From a bacterium (GTDB taxonomy: Bacteria; UBA10199; 2-02-FULL-50-16; JAJFLM01): a DNA stretch of 64,000 nt. Each line of letters opens with the position of its first letter. Within the stretch, counting starts at the first letter, position 1. Positions 11,001 to 21,407 of this stretch are shown piece by piece. The position numbers and the translations under genes are program-made. Below the pieces are notes generated by a model. It searched no databases, was not told the DNA's origin, and saw only the letters and a program-made list of their open reading frames with translations. Location: contig CBDCFN010000016.1 of the NCBI GenBank assembly GCA_965216315.1, positions 1,760,001 through 1,824,000 of the forward strand. The letters are read 5' to 3'.

Positions 11001-12661
11001 AAATTCCCCTCAGATCCGATTGTCGTCTGCGTCGCCGTCACAATTTCTTCTCGAATCGCATCGATGGCCGGGTTGGTCACTTGAGCAAACATCTGCTTAA
11101 AATAGTTGTAGAGCAGTTGCGGTTGATTCGAGAGTATCGCCAAAGGAGCATCGTTACCCATGGACCCAATCGCCTCAACGCCACTGACAGCCATTGGCTC
11201 GATTAAAAGTCGTAGCTGCTCAAACGTGTACCCAAAGGCTCGCTGTCGTTGCAGTACGGTTTCATGGTCCGGCACCGGAACTTGCGGTGGTTTCGGCAAA
11301 TCCTCTAAGGCAATAAGGTTTTGATCAAGCCATTCTTTATACGGTTCGGCTTCCGCAAGTTCCTGCTTTAACTCTTCATCACCGATGATGCGCTGCTGTT
11401 GAGTATCAATCAGGAACATGCGCCCGGGCTGCAAACGTCCCTTAAACGCGACATTCGCCGGATCGACATCCAGAACCCCCACTTCGGAGGCCATAATAAC
11501 CTTGTCATCCTTAGTCACATAATAGCGGGACGGACGCAGTCCATTGCGATCCAGCACCGCCCCCACACAAAGACCGTCCGTAAACGTTATCGAGGCGGGA
11601 CCATCCCAGGGCTCCATAAGGCAGCTGTGATATTCGTAAAAAGCTTTCTTTTGCGGATCCATTGAAACATGACGAGACCACGGTTCGGGTATCATCATCA
11701 TAACGGCATGTGGCAATGAACGCCCGGACAGGGTAAGAAATTCCAAGCAATTATCAAACATCGCCGAGTCACTGCCTTCTTGATCAATAACCGGAAATAT
11801 CTTCTTGATATCGTCACCAAAATGATTCGAAGCAAGCATAGCCTCACGGGCATGCATCCAGTTGACATTTCCTCTGAGCGTGTTGATTTCTCCGTTATGC
11901 GCCATGTAGCGATTGGGATGGGCACGGTCCCAATTCGGAAAGGTATTAGTGCTAAACCGGGAGTGAACCAAAATAATCGCGGACTCCATGTCCGGATCCG
12001 CAATTTCAGGAAAATATAAAGGCACCTGATCACACATCAGCATCCCTTTATACACCATCGTCTTGTACGATAAGCTGGCAATATAGAAGTTATCGCATTC
12101 GTGTATGCCCGCCGCCCGAGTCTCATTGACAACACGTTTATTGATCACAAAAAGTTTGCGCTCAAAAGCTATCTCGCTGGTGATATCTTTACTGCGCCGG
12201 ATGAAAACCTGACGAACAAAGGGCTGGCAATCCCGGGCCGTTTTACCCAGCGAGCTATCGTCAGTGGGGACATCCCGCCACCCAATCAACTCCTGACCCT
12301 CTTCTTCAATAACCTTTTTAAAGATCTCTTCGCATTGTTGTCGCAGTTTTGGCTGCTGCGGCAAAAAGATCATCCCGACCCCATATTGCCCGGGTTCGGG
12401 TAGCTCAAGGCCGGCATCCTGTTTGGCGACTTTCTTGAGCAACTTATGCGGGACCTGAATAAGAATTCCCGCCCCATCTCCCGTATTATGCTCACTCCCA
12501 CACGCGCCTCGATGGGCCAGCCGAAGCAAGACTTCGAGGCCATCTTCAACAATCTCGTGCGAGCGCACTCCCTTGATATTGACGACAAAGCCTGCCCCGC
12601 AGGAGTCGTGCTCATAATACGGGTCATAGAGTCCCTGTTTTTGAGGGCGCTTCAGAGTCAT
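8069..12661 (-). CDS. gltB: Glutamate synthase large subunit
   Basis: EHDSCG Ntn start, [39 protein letters not shown]-x5-C-x4-C and GXGXG C-terminal domain. Confidence 0.99.
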   Translation of the reverse strand: MTLKRPQKQGLYDPYYEHDSCGAGFVVNIKGVRSHEIVEDGLEVLLRLAHRGACGSEHNTGDGAGILIQVPHKLLKKVAKQDAGLELPEPGQYGVGMIFLPQQPKLRQQCEEIFKKVIEEEGQELIGWRDVPTDDSSLGKTARDCQPFVRQVFIRRSKDITSEIAFERKLFVINKRVVNETRAAGIHECDNFYIASLSYKTMVYKGMLMCDQVPLYFPEIADPDMESAIILVHSRFSTNTFPNWDRAHPNRYMAHNGEINTLRGNVNWMHAREAMLASNHFGDDIKKIFPVIDQEGSDSAMFDNCLEFLTLSGRSLPHAVMMMIPEPWSRHVSMDPQKKAFYEYHSCLMEPWDGPASITFTDGLCVGAVLDRNGLRPSRYYVTKDDKVIMASEVGVLDVDPANVAFKGRLQPGRMFLIDTQQQRIIGDEELKQELAEAEPYKEWLDQNLIALEDLPKPPQVPVPDHETVLQRQRAFGYTFEQLRLLIEPMAVSGVEAIGSMGNDAPLAILSNQPQLLYNYFKQMFAQVTNPAIDAIREEIVTATQTTIGSEGNLIDPQPDSCRLIKMKSPILDNEEMARLTHLDQPGFKSATFPILYDVEGGAKALESALESLFKQADQAIETGHNIIILTDREISHEKAPIPALLAVAGLHHHLIRQGTRTRCNIVLESGEPREVHHFCMLLGYGAGAINPYLAFESLDDMIRQGLLTDISHEEAVKNYLKGAMKGVVKVLSKVGISTIQSYRGAQIFEAVGLNEEFINKYFTWTATRIGGIGLAEVAEETRLRHQLGYTERETDGAALQAGGDYQWRKGGEEHLFNPTTVHKLQAAVKTNDYELFKSYAAAVDNQEKRWCTLRGLLDFKAGAKPVPLDEVESVDAICRRFKTGAMSYGSISSEAHESLAIAMNRIGGKSNTGEGGEDPARFIPDENGDSRCSAIKQVASGRFGVTSHYLVNAQEIQIKIAQGAKPGEGGQLPGHKVYPWVAKVRFSTPGVGLISPPPHHDIYSIEDLAELIHDLKNSNPNARINVKLVSEVGVGTIAAGVAKAHADVILIAGYDGGTGASPQTSIKNAGISWELGLAETHQTLVLNDLRSRVVLETDGQLKTGRDVVIAALLGAEEYGFSTAPLVTLGCIMMRVCHLNTCPVGVATQNPVLRRKFTGDPAHVVNFMQMVARQARELMAELGFRSLDEMIGRTDILQPRKVDHWKAKTINFDKILYRPDVPESVEIRQTIEQDHGLDKALDNTHLLDICKKALEEKRPVEATLPIRNINRVVGTIVGSEISKRYGAEGLPDDTIRLTFQGSAGQSFGAFVPNGMTLRLEGDANDYIGKGLNGGKIMVFPSAAASFVPEDNIIVGNVAFYGATGGEAYIRGVAGERFCVRNSGVRAVVEGVGDHGCEYMTGGCVVILGPAGRNFAAGMSGGVAYVLDEAGTFARDCNPQMVCLERLDAEDEATIKGMIQKHIEYTDSEVGRRVLKDWDALNEKIIKVMPMDYKRVLEALKQVEATGMSGDEAVMAAFEANVQAKARVAGN

Positions 12662-12785
12662 TCACCTTCCTTATAAATAAGGGGTTGTTACGAAAATAGC
12701 CCTGGATGGAGAGCCAGTGCCAAAATCATCTCAGCCGGAGAGATTTACCGAGAATTGATCCTAATTTCAAGCCCTAAGCCCAAAT

Positions 12786-13661
12786 TTAGTCTTCTCCCAG
12801 GGCTACGGCCTTGCGGTCCTTAAGGTTGAGTCGCGCAATATGGATGCCGGCGGCCACGATCAGAACCATCCCAATAAACTTATATATATCAGGGGTTTCT
12901 CGCCAAAACATCAGGCCATAGATAAAGGACATGGCAACCCCCACATAGGAGAACGGTGCCAGCCGCGCTGCCTCTTCGTAGCGATAGGAAACGGTCATGA
13001 ATATCTGCCCCCCCGTACCAAAGACACCGGCCCCCAATAAGGCGAGCCACTGAAACGGCGTCGGCGGTACAAAATTGAGGGTCATCAGGGGCAGCGCAAG
13101 CAACGATGAAATCGAGGCAAAATGAAAGGCTATTACCCAGGAGCTCTCGGTCTGGTGCAGGTGCCGGACGGTCACATAAGCCAGTCCCGCAGCCGCCCCA
13201 CCCAACACGGCGATCACACCATAGACATTAAATACCGACCAGCCCGGCTTCAAAATAAGGATCACTCCCGTTAAGGCGATCACCATATACAGAACCAATC
13301 GCCCTCCCACTTTTTCTTTCAGAAATAGCATGGCAAAAAGCGCCACAAAAAAAGGTGAGGTTTGGTGCAACACGGCGGCGTCGGCGAAGGGAATATGCGC
13401 CAACGCATAAAAACCACAACTCATTGCCGCAAACCCAGCAAGACTTCGAAACAGCAGTGCCCTGCGATTTTGGCCGAGTATGGGCAATCCACGCCGTACG
13501 ATGACAAGACCGATGAGTAAGGAACTTACAATCGTACGAAAAAAAACCGCTTGATAGACGGGGATCTCCGCCAGTGCATATTTCAGACAGGCCCCCATGG
13601 AGGCAAAAAAGACCGCCGAAATGACCATAAAGAGGATTCCGCGAACGGCTGAATGACTCAT
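12786..13661 (-). CDS. DMT/EamA-family transporter
   Basis: About 10 TMs in two EamA repeats (FFR, SPFF..LF..LFLKE, APFSY). Confidence 0.9.
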   Translation of the reverse strand: MSHSAVRGILFMVISAVFFASMGACLKYALAEIPVYQAVFFRTIVSSLLIGLVIVRRGLPILGQNRRALLFRSLAGFAAMSCGFYALAHIPFADAAVLHQTSPFFVALFAMLFLKEKVGGRLVLYMVIALTGVILILKPGWSVFNVYGVIAVLGGAAAGLAYVTVRHLHQTESSWVIAFHFASISSLLALPLMTLNFVPPTPFQWLALLGAGVFGTGGQIFMTVSYRYEEAARLAPFSYVGVAMSFIYGLMFWRETPDIYKFIGMVLIVAAGIHIARLNLKDRKAVALGED

Positions 13662-14593
13662 TTTATTTCAATACGATTCGATAGCATCGAGTCGGGCATT
13701 TCTTCATGGGATTTATTACAGAAGTCGACGCGGATATATAAGGGCGCAGCAAGCGGCGCCCCTACACGTTTAGGAATCTTCCAATGAATGCGTCGCGCCT
13801 CTTTTCTATCTCTGATCACGCGGCAAGCCTGGCTACCCGCATGGTTCAAGAAAGTCGGCTTAAATTTTTTGATAATTTTTTCATCTCCCTCTTCACTCAG
13901 AGAGACTAACTTCATTTGATCTCGAATCCCAAAGGGGTACTCAGTGATACGGATGACATTCAGCTTAAGCATCTCTTCACTGTGATAAATATCACGATCT
14001 GTGCGGACCAGGATCTTTTTGTTATGGTCACTAATCTTAGTTTTGACCTTTGAAGTCGCTCCCGTCCACCAGCGAGCAGGCCCGGTATCGACGTGAACCG
14101 ACTGTTTTCCGTACCAACCAACCCCACAACAATTCTTGTCCCTCATTTTTTCCCAAAGGTACTTCCCTTGGACGCCCTTGATCTCAATATCCGCGGCCAT
14201 TCCTTCCATATGCGTACTCGCCTTGGCGACGGTTCTCCCTTTATCCCGTAATCCCTGATTGTATTTAGGTGATCGGTAGGCAGAGTTTAATTGTATTGTT
14301 TTTTCACCATCACCAAACTCATCTTGAATGAAATCCAGTAAGGCGATAAAGCGCAGGGACATGTGCTCAATAGGATCACTCTTCTTGAGACCAAAGAGCT
14401 GGTCGATCTGTTCTCGAGCTTCCAGCGGATAAGAACCGTCCGCTAAACGATACTGAATGGTTTCACGTCGGCCATTCTTGGGGTTGAACAGGCGCACCGC
14501 CCCATCCCCTTCCATGAAAAACCGGCCTATCGGGCCGGCTGCAAAACTACTCAGCGGCAACAGCACTGCTAAAAAGAATAATATGTATCTCAC
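13658..14593 (-). CDS. Secreted YcbK/DUF882 (peptidase M15) family protein with C-terminal extension
   Basis: Signal peptide, then SAYRSP..N..LR, S.HM.G.AADI and GVGWY....VHVDTGP.R.W. Confidence 0.88.
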   Translation of the reverse strand: MRYILFFLAVLLPLSSFAAGPIGRFFMEGDGAVRLFNPKNGRRETIQYRLADGSYPLEAREQIDQLFGLKKSDPIEHMSLRFIALLDFIQDEFGDGEKTIQLNSAYRSPKYNQGLRDKGRTVAKASTHMEGMAADIEIKGVQGKYLWEKMRDKNCCGVGWYGKQSVHVDTGPARWWTGATSKVKTKISDHNKKILVRTDRDIYHSEEMLKLNVIRITEYPFGIRDQMKLVSLSEEGDEKIIKKFKPTFLNHAGSQACRVIRDRKEARRIHWKIPKRVGAPLAAPLYIRVDFCNKSHEEMPDSMLSNRIEIK

Positions 14594-14709
14594 GCCCGCT
14601 ACAGTGCTAACAGAGACAAAGCATTGTCAAGATTACCCCAAACTGATTGAAAATTAATGATTTTGAGCCCTTGACTTGAAAGCAAAATCTTCGTTAGCCT
14701 TCGGACTCA

Positions 14710-15852
14710 ATGCGCCACGTCTACCTCGACCACAATGCAACGACTCCATTAGCTTCCGAAGTATTTGCAGCCATGAAGCCTTACCTCAGTGGTTGGGTCG
14801 GCAATGCATCTAGCCTCCACTGGGCCGGAGCCTCGGCAAAGCAAGCGATCGAGAAGGCACGCGGACAGGTTGCAACACTTATTAATGCCCTCCCCAAAGA
14901 AATAGTTTTTACCAGCGGCAGCACTGAGTCGATCAATCAAGTCCTCAAAGGAATCTTTGCTCCGAGGAACCGGAAAAAAAATCACCTCATCATCAGCACA
15001 GTAGAGCACCATGCCACCCTTGATTGCGCAGAAACCTTGGCATCATGGGGCGTCGATGTTGATACGATTCCGGTGAACTCTTCAGGGTGCATTGATCCCA
15101 CTGAGATTATCGCCAGGGTTCGAGAGGATACGGGGCTCATCTCTTTACTCTGGGCTAATAATGAAACCGGTACTATTTATCCTGTTGAGGCCATCGTTAA
15201 CATCGCACATGAAGCTGGCATTCCTGTCCACCTCGATGCCGCCCAAGCCCTGGGCAAGATTGCTATCGATGTGAGGCGCGTCCCCGTCGATTATCTCTCG
15301 TGTTCAGCGCACAAAATTTATGGCCCACAAGGAGTAGGCGCGTTGTTTATTCGACACGACCGCAAACTGAGACGCCTACATGATGGTGGCGATCAAGAAC
15401 GCAAACGCCGCGGTGGAACGGAAAATGTCGCCGGCATTGTTGGCTTTGGACAGGCCGCTGAAATCAGCCAACGTCGCTTTGACGATGACAAGAACCAACA
15501 GTCGCAGCTTAGAGACCGTCTGGAACAAGGCCTCAAAAACTTATTCACCGATATTATTATTAACGGCGAGTCGTCTCCTCGCCTCTATAATACCGTTAAT
15601 GTCCGCTTCCCTGGCATTGCAAATGAAACCCTGTTAATCGCCCTTGACCTGGAAGGAATCGCGGTCAGTTCAGGTTCCGCGTGTAGTAGCGGCGCTATTG
15701 AGCCGTCTCACGTCCTCATGGCGATGGGTTGCACGGCAGAGGAAGCGAGAAGTGCTATTCGTTTTAGTCTTGGGCGCGGTAATACTCTCGCCGATATCAA
15801 TTATGTTCTCGACGTCCTTCCCCGGCTCGTTCGGCAACTGCAAGCGGCTTAA
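14710..15852 (+). CDS. iscS: Cysteine desulfurase (IscS/NifS class)
   Basis: YLDHNATTP, SAHKIYGPQG (PLP lysine), GGTEN, SSGSACSS (catalytic Cys). Confidence 0.93.
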   Translation: MRHVYLDHNATTPLASEVFAAMKPYLSGWVGNASSLHWAGASAKQAIEKARGQVATLINALPKEIVFTSGSTESINQVLKGIFAPRNRKKNHLIISTVEHHATLDCAETLASWGVDVDTIPVNSSGCIDPTEIIARVREDTGLISLLWANNETGTIYPVEAIVNIAHEAGIPVHLDAAQALGKIAIDVRRVPVDYLSCSAHKIYGPQGVGALFIRHDRKLRRLHDGGDQERKRRGGTENVAGIVGFGQAAEISQRRFDDDKNQQSQLRDRLEQGLKNLFTDIIINGESSPRLYNTVNVRFPGIANETLLIALDLEGIAVSSGSACSSGAIEPSHVLMAMGCTAEEARSAIRFSLGRGNTLADINYVLDVLPRLVRQLQAA

Positions 15853-15893
15853 TATCCTTTACAAGCCAACTCTCTAAGTATAATGAAGTAAAC

Positions 15894-16205
15894 ATGCATC
15901 TCGGCGTCGTACTCTGGAAAGAGCAGCACACACCGAAGGCAACGGAATTACGTGACCGCATGAAAGATGATGGTTTCGATGTCATCGATTGGTCCGACCC
16001 TGCAGGAGCCGTTTACCAACCACACGCCCATAATCACGATGAAGTGATTGTCCCTTACGATGGCCGAATTGAGTTTATTATTGAGGGACAAAACTATCTC
16101 CTTGATCCCGGCGATGCGCTTTTCTTGCCGAAGGGAACGATCCATTCTGCGCGCGTGGGCGGTGACGGGGCTTCATACCTGATAGGACAGCCCAGCACGC
16201 GTTGA
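15894..16205 (+). CDS. Cupin-domain protein
   Basis: PH.H..DE and 'L.PGD.L.LP.GT.HSA' cupin motifs. Confidence 0.85.
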   Translation: MHLGVVLWKEQHTPKATELRDRMKDDGFDVIDWSDPAGAVYQPHAHNHDEVIVPYDGRIEFIIEGQNYLLDPGDALFLPKGTIHSARVGGDGASYLIGQPSTR

Positions 16206-16260
16206 ATCGGGTTCGTCAGGTGGGTTGACAGACTCCACCAAGATTCCTTATTAAGCCGCC

Positions 16261-17415
16261 ATGTCTCACACCTTAAGCCATGACTTGACGAACCATTTTC
16301 CTGAATTTGCCCGCTTTAATTCAACCCCGGATCTGGAATCGTCCTCCCTGTTCCAGCAACTCAAACCGCAGATCATGAAGGTTCTTGAAGGTTTTGAGCA
16401 TGAAAGTTTTGCGCCCACGGCCGCCCCCAAACAGAATTACAAGGCGGTCGCCTGGAATATTGAACGAGGCCGGCATTATAAAGGTGTTCGTAGCATCTTA
16501 GGCGAACATCCTGAAATCGCGGATGCAGACATTTTTCTGCTAACGGAATGTGACCTCGGGATGGCGCGTTCGGAAAACCGGCACGTCGCGCGCCAACTAG
16601 CCGAAGAACTAAACCTTAATTATTTTTTCGCACCCTCCTATATCAACCTGAGCAAGGGTTGCGGTCACGAAGTCGAATATGACGGTGAGAATACACTTGG
16701 GATTCATGGAAATGCGATTTTTTCGCGTTATCCGCTCAGTAATTTCAGGACGGCCGACCTTCCTAACGGTAAGGATAAAATGAAAGGCAACGAAAAGCGC
16801 ATCGGTCAGCAAAAAGCGCTCGTTGCTGACGTCGAACTAGGCAATCAGACTGTCACCGTAGCCTGCGCTCATTTGGATGCCCATTCTTCACAAAACCGTC
16901 GCGCTGAACAATTGAGCTGCGTGATTGACCTCATTGAAAAAAGCGGTGAGCCTCATCCAATTATTTTGGGCGGAGACTGGAATACAAGTACTTACAATTC
17001 AAGTCGCGCTATTCATGCGATCATCGGTTTTTGGGTCCGTGTCTGCAGCGGCATTGATAACATGATCGTTAACCATTATCCTCATCCGGATCGCTTCTGG
17101 GAAAAAAAGCTCTTTGAAATGCTCGAGGAGCGCGGCTTTGATTACAAAAACGCTAATAAATATGGAGCGGGCACGCTCATTTACGACATCAAAGACCCGG
17201 AGCAAGAGAAAAACCTCAAAGAATGGGTGCCCCCATGGTGTTTCCGCTTTATTGAGTGGGCTCTACGCAATCATAACGGCCGCCTTGAGTTCAAACTCGA
17301 CTGGTTAGCGGGACGAAAGCTCGAGACATTCAATCCAAAAGTCATCGAAAATGTTGTTGTCGACGGCAAAAGGTCCAGCGACCATGCTGCGATTACAACA
17401 GAGTTCCGCTTCTAG
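16261..17415 (+). CDS. Endonuclease/exonuclease/phosphatase (EEP) family protein
   Basis: WNIERG, LTE.D, GNAIFSRYP, HLD, GGDWN, KLDW, SSDH. Confidence 0.9.
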   Translation: MSHTLSHDLTNHFPEFARFNSTPDLESSSLFQQLKPQIMKVLEGFEHESFAPTAAPKQNYKAVAWNIERGRHYKGVRSILGEHPEIADADIFLLTECDLGMARSENRHVARQLAEELNLNYFFAPSYINLSKGCGHEVEYDGENTLGIHGNAIFSRYPLSNFRTADLPNGKDKMKGNEKRIGQQKALVADVELGNQTVTVACAHLDAHSSQNRRAEQLSCVIDLIEKSGEPHPIILGGDWNTSTYNSSRAIHAIIGFWVRVCSGIDNMIVNHYPHPDRFWEKKLFEMLEERGFDYKNANKYGAGTLIYDIKDPEQEKNLKEWVPPWCFRFIEWALRNHNGRLEFKLDWLAGRKLETFNPKVIENVVVDGKRSSDHAAITTEFRF

Positions 17416-17515
17416 CCGGCTATTAGGATAAGTACTCTCCCCGATAAGGGCCCAATCCCTATTGGAATAAACTTTGATGACAACGTACATTAATTTTGTT
17501 AAATTACGTATCACT

Positions 17516-18511
17516 ATGCGATGGGGAATTGCGTTATTCTGCCTGCTGTTTGCCGTGACGCCGTTGAGCGGAAAACCGGCGGACGCAGAAGAAAAAGACC
17601 CACTGGCCAATAAATCGGCGATGGAAATCGTCATCATTGCCTCAGAGGGAATGGCGGAGTCGCTCGATAAGAGCACCAAGCTGGATGCGGTTCGTCAGGC
17701 CCTGAGTAAATCCCTCAAATTTGTGGCGAAAGACACGCATGTCGCCTTGCGTGTCAGCGGACATCGCGTTGCCAAAAGCGACGCCGAACAGAGCTGCGCC
17801 GACAGCGAGCTTATGATTCGCCCCGACGCAGGAACCATCGATGCGGTAGCGGCGAAACTCGGCGACATCCGCCCGCAAGGCAAACACTCGGTAGTGAAGA
17901 GCCTTTCCTTAGCGCTCGCCGACCTTGCCAAGTACGGCGGAACCAAAACCCTGATGCTCTTCACCGATGGCAAGGACGACTGTCTCGACCAGGATCCCAT
18001 CGCCTTTCTAGCCCCCGCATCGCTGAAAAACCAAAACTACGTGATCCACATTCGGGGTGTCGGACTCAGCGAAGACGCGGCTGCCTCCCTTAAAGCCATT
18101 GCCGATGGCACGGGCGGAACCTTCACGACGGCCAATGACAGTTCGACTCTGGCCCAACAAATGGGAATCAGCCCGGCAAAGGAAGCTCCTCCGCCTAAAC
18201 CAGCTCAGCCAGGACAACCAGAAACGCCCATAGCTCCCAAACCGGGACAACCTGAGGCCCCCATAGCAAAGGCACCACCACCGCCGCCTCCTCCGCCACC
18301 GACGTTAGACACGAAGAAGCTCGTGCGCGAGATAGTCAAAGAGGTCAACGCGGCGATCGCGAAAATGCCAAAACCTAAGGAACCAAAACCACTGCCACTA
18401 CCTCCACCCAAAACTTTTTCAAAGGTCTCTCTGTTAATTATCGGCATTGAAACCCTCTTACTCATTCTTTCTTTTGCGGTCATTATTCTCCTAGCCATTA
18501 AGAAACGCTGA
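17516..18511 (+). CDS. Exported VWA-domain protein with Pro-rich stalk and C-terminal membrane anchor
   Basis: Signal peptide from ATG 17516, VWA features (KLD.V..AL, LR..GH, FTDGKDDC, IA..TGG), poly-Pro linker, and TM plus KKR at the C-terminus. Confidence 0.75.
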   Translation: MRWGIALFCLLFAVTPLSGKPADAEEKDPLANKSAMEIVIIASEGMAESLDKSTKLDAVRQALSKSLKFVAKDTHVALRVSGHRVAKSDAEQSCADSELMIRPDAGTIDAVAAKLGDIRPQGKHSVVKSLSLALADLAKYGGTKTLMLFTDGKDDCLDQDPIAFLAPASLKNQNYVIHIRGVGLSEDAAASLKAIADGTGGTFTTANDSSTLAQQMGISPAKEAPPPKPAQPGQPETPIAPKPGQPEAPIAKAPPPPPPPPPTLDTKKLVREIVKEVNAAIAKMPKPKEPKPLPLPPPKTFSKVSLLIIGIETLLLILSFAVIILLAIKKR

Positions 18512-18523
18512 GATTAGGATTCC

Positions 18524-19342
18524 GTGCGCAATCAAGACATAATCGACGTTCTGGAAGATTTTGCTCCTTTAGGTCTTGCTGAGGAATGGGATGCCGTCGG
18601 CCTCCAAGTAGGAGATCCACAGCAAGAATGCAATACGGTCGCCCTCGCCCTTGATCTCACCGCCGAGAACTTAGCTGAAGCGCAGGCGGTCGGAGCCAAT
18701 ATGATTGTCGTGCATCATCCTATTCTTATGCGCGCTACCAAGACGATTCGTTATGATCAGCCACTCGGACATCTTATCCAACAATTATGTACCCACAAAC
18801 TATCGCTCTACGTCATGCACACCAATCTTGATTCAACTCGCGGAGGGCTCAATGATCATCTGGCGAATGCAATCGGGCTAATCAACGTACGCAGTCTCTT
18901 ACCTGCCCCTGCAACAACTCCCGAGCGTTTTCAGGGACAAGTTGTCGGGCTCGGCCGCATTGGTGAACTACAGGAAGGCATCCCCCTCGCTACTCTTGCA
19001 ACACGGCTCCAAGAGGAGCTCCGCCCGGAAGCCCTGCGCATCATCGGGCCTGATCAGCGCCAGATTCAAAGTGTCGCTTTGTGCTCGGGAAGTGGTGGCT
19101 CCTTAGTCCATCAAGCCATTAACAGTGGAGCGGACTGTTATGTCACCGGTGACGTCAAATATCACCAGGCGCTTGATGCGGAAGCGGCTGGGCTCTGCAT
19201 TCTTGATGCCGGTCACTATGCCACCGAGATTTCAAGCATTGCCATTATGCAATCCGTCCTCACGACAAAATTTGGAAATGATTTGAATATCGTACGCCTC
19301 GAAAAGGCACGTGATCCATTAAGAGCTTTTCATTCTGTCTAA
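18524..19342 (+). CDS. Nif3-like dinuclear metal centre protein (YbgI/YqfO)
   Basis: AEEWDAVGLQVG, HHP, HTNLD, GSGG, TGDVKYH, DAGHYATE. Confidence 0.93.
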   Translation: MRNQDIIDVLEDFAPLGLAEEWDAVGLQVGDPQQECNTVALALDLTAENLAEAQAVGANMIVVHHPILMRATKTIRYDQPLGHLIQQLCTHKLSLYVMHTNLDSTRGGLNDHLANAIGLINVRSLLPAPATTPERFQGQVVGLGRIGELQEGIPLATLATRLQEELRPEALRIIGPDQRQIQSVALCSGSGGSLVHQAINSGADCYVTGDVKYHQALDAEAAGLCILDAGHYATEISSIAIMQSVLTTKFGNDLNIVRLEKARDPLRAFHSV

Positions 19343-20152
19343 TACACCTGCATAATATTCTGTTGCGCTAGCGTTATCCCTTTTCGCAAAACCTTTAATC
19401 AGAATATCACAGCGTCTCCTAATATCACTCTTAACAATTTTTTTTTGTTCTTCATTGATAGCCGCATCATCCAAAATCTTTAGTAGGGCCTGAATTCGAT
19501 AACGATCCAAACCCCATTGACGCGATAGCTGGTCTTCATGGCCGCCACGCTTAATGGTCAAGGCATCACGCAGCGTTTCAACCTTAAAATGTAGCGCGAT
19601 ACGCAACCACAGGTCGTAGTCTTCGCACGCAGGCAATTCTTCATCAAAGTGGCCGCATCGATCAAAAACCTCGCGATGGATCATGACTGCTGAGGGAGAA
19701 ACCAGACATAAAGGAATCATTTCTTCAAAAACCCAACCGGACGGCTTACGGTGAATTTCCCGGGGATTGACGCGACGGCCATTACGAATCCAGATTTCTT
19801 CCGTCTGCAGGACCCGCAATGAGGAATCAGCCTGAATGGCGTCCCACTGTCGTCTAAGTTTATCCGGCACCCAGAGATCATCGGAGTCGAGTAAGGCGAT
19901 CCAATCGTAACGGGCTGCTGCGATTCCGCGATTGCGGGCGGCACTCACTCCTCGTTGATCCTGGTAAATGTATTCCAGTTCCATTGGAAATTCGCGACAG
20001 AGCGCTGCTGTCTGGTCCGTAGAGCCATCATCGACGACAATGAGCTCCAGCGGCTGCAGCGTCTGGTTTCGGACTGATTCAAGGCATTCTCGAAGCCAGT
20101 CCGCCCGGTTATAGGTCGGAATGACCACGCTAATAGCAGGCTTTTTCATCAT
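19319..20152 (-). CDS. Family 2 glycosyltransferase
   Basis: SVVIPTYNR, VVDDGSTD, GVSAARNRG, LDSDD, CEDYDLWLR. Confidence 0.93.
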   Translation of the reverse strand: MMKKPAISVVIPTYNRADWLRECLESVRNQTLQPLELIVVDDGSTDQTAALCREFPMELEYIYQDQRGVSAARNRGIAAARYDWIALLDSDDLWVPDKLRRQWDAIQADSSLRVLQTEEIWIRNGRRVNPREIHRKPSGWVFEEMIPLCLVSPSAVMIHREVFDRCGHFDEELPACEDYDLWLRIALHFKVETLRDALTIKRGGHEDQLSRQWGLDRYRIQALLKILDDAAINEEQKKIVKSDIRRRCDILIKGFAKRDNASATEYYAGVLDRMKSS

Positions 20153-20205
20153 AACTAGCTAAAATCATTAATTTAATTCTAACTGACGCATTGCGTCTTT
20201 TTCAC

Positions 20206-20232
20206 GCAACTTCTAACGCACCGTGTCGATAC
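20206..20232 (+). promoter_or_regulatory. Recurrent bipartite motif (GCAAC-N14-GTCGATAC), putative alternative-sigma promoter
   Basis: Seen directly, 11 nt upstream of ATG 20244; one of at least 7 copies in the window. Confidence 0.6.
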
Positions 20233-20243
20233 TGGGCGGCACT

Positions 20244-21407
20244 ATGTCGATCAATCCCGGTTTACTCATGCCGCGTGTGGCCCTCGTCCTCCCTGGAGAT
20301 GCGATGTGGGGCGCCTTCCAAACAGCCTTTTCTATCGAACTTGCTGGGCAATTGGAAGGGCTCGGTTATGGGGCACAACCCTTCGACTTAACCGTGGGGA
20401 GCTCGTCCGGTAGCCTCGTCGCAACCGTTGCGGCCGCGGGAACCAACATCGATCACGACCTTGCCCACGATAGCTGGGTCTCGTTTGCACAGCGCACAAA
20501 CCGCAAGCGCGTTGTCATCCAACGAGCCTTGCGAGGAAAGTTTGCCCCTCCTCACCGCGAGGCCATGGCCGAAATTTTTTCAAGTGGACTCATTGACACC
20601 GCGGCAGCTTTTGCCAGCCGCAGCACCGTCGTCGTCTCGGCCAGCTACTTTGATAAGCACCGGACCCTTGAATCAACAGGCCTGAGCGCTGCGGCTCTGC
20701 TGGATAGCCTGCGTCACCTGTTAAATAGACATCATTCACGCGGAACAGCGGAATTAAGCGATCGATTCGTTCGACTCATCGAGACAAGCGCGGAAATATT
20801 TTCGCCACGCTACTTTACTAGTAAAAGTTGGAGGGATCACACTGAGGAACAATTACCGGCGCAATGGAACATACTGCGCGATAAAGATGAATTCCTTCAA
20901 GCCGTCATGGCGTCATCCTTAGTTCCTTATCTCTATGGCAAGCCCGAAGACGTTCTGGGAGAAACACTTATTGATGGCGTATTTTCGGACAACGCTCCCG
21001 TGGAATTAGCGTTCCTTTTTGGAGCCACGCACGTCTTTGTCGTCAATAGCAGCCGTAAAGGCAATGTGTTTCCACGACCCGTGCAAAGTCTCATCCGCCG
21101 CGGACTCTTCAAGGCTATTCAAACATCACCGCGTCTTGCTGAAAGGCTGCCCTTGGAACCTGCCGCTCCACTGGACATTAAAGCGCTGGAGCAACGCTAT
21201 CCGGGCCAGCACATCCATGTTATTTCCCCAAAGAAAGCCCCTTCGGTAAACCGTTTTTTTGCCCGACCGGAGACAGTCTCTCATATCTACGCATTGGGGC
21301 GTCAAGCGGCCCATGATATCAGGCACTTACTGCCGCCCCCCCTCCACAACTTCAGGTCGAGCCACGCTAGCAACAAATCTCATCGCAATACGATAGACGC
21401 TGCATGA
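20244..21407 (+). CDS. Patatin-like phospholipase domain protein (paralog 1)
   Basis: Nucleophile motif VGSSSG, ASS.VP, and DGVFSDN.P. ATG 20244 preferred because the annotated GTG lies inside the promoter motif. Confidence 0.75.
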   Translation: MSINPGLLMPRVALVLPGDAMWGAFQTAFSIELAGQLEGLGYGAQPFDLTVGSSSGSLVATVAAAGTNIDHDLAHDSWVSFAQRTNRKRVVIQRALRGKFAPPHREAMAEIFSSGLIDTAAAFASRSTVVVSASYFDKHRTLESTGLSAAALLDSLRHLLNRHHSRGTAELSDRFVRLIETSAEIFSPRYFTSKSWRDHTEEQLPAQWNILRDKDEFLQAVMASSLVPYLYGKPEDVLGETLIDGVFSDNAPVELAFLFGATHVFVVNSSRKGNVFPRPVQSLIRRGLFKAIQTSPRLAERLPLEPAAPLDIKALEQRYPGQHIHVISPKKAPSVNRFFARPETVSHIYALGRQAAHDIRHLLPPPLHNFRSSHASNKSHRNTIDAA

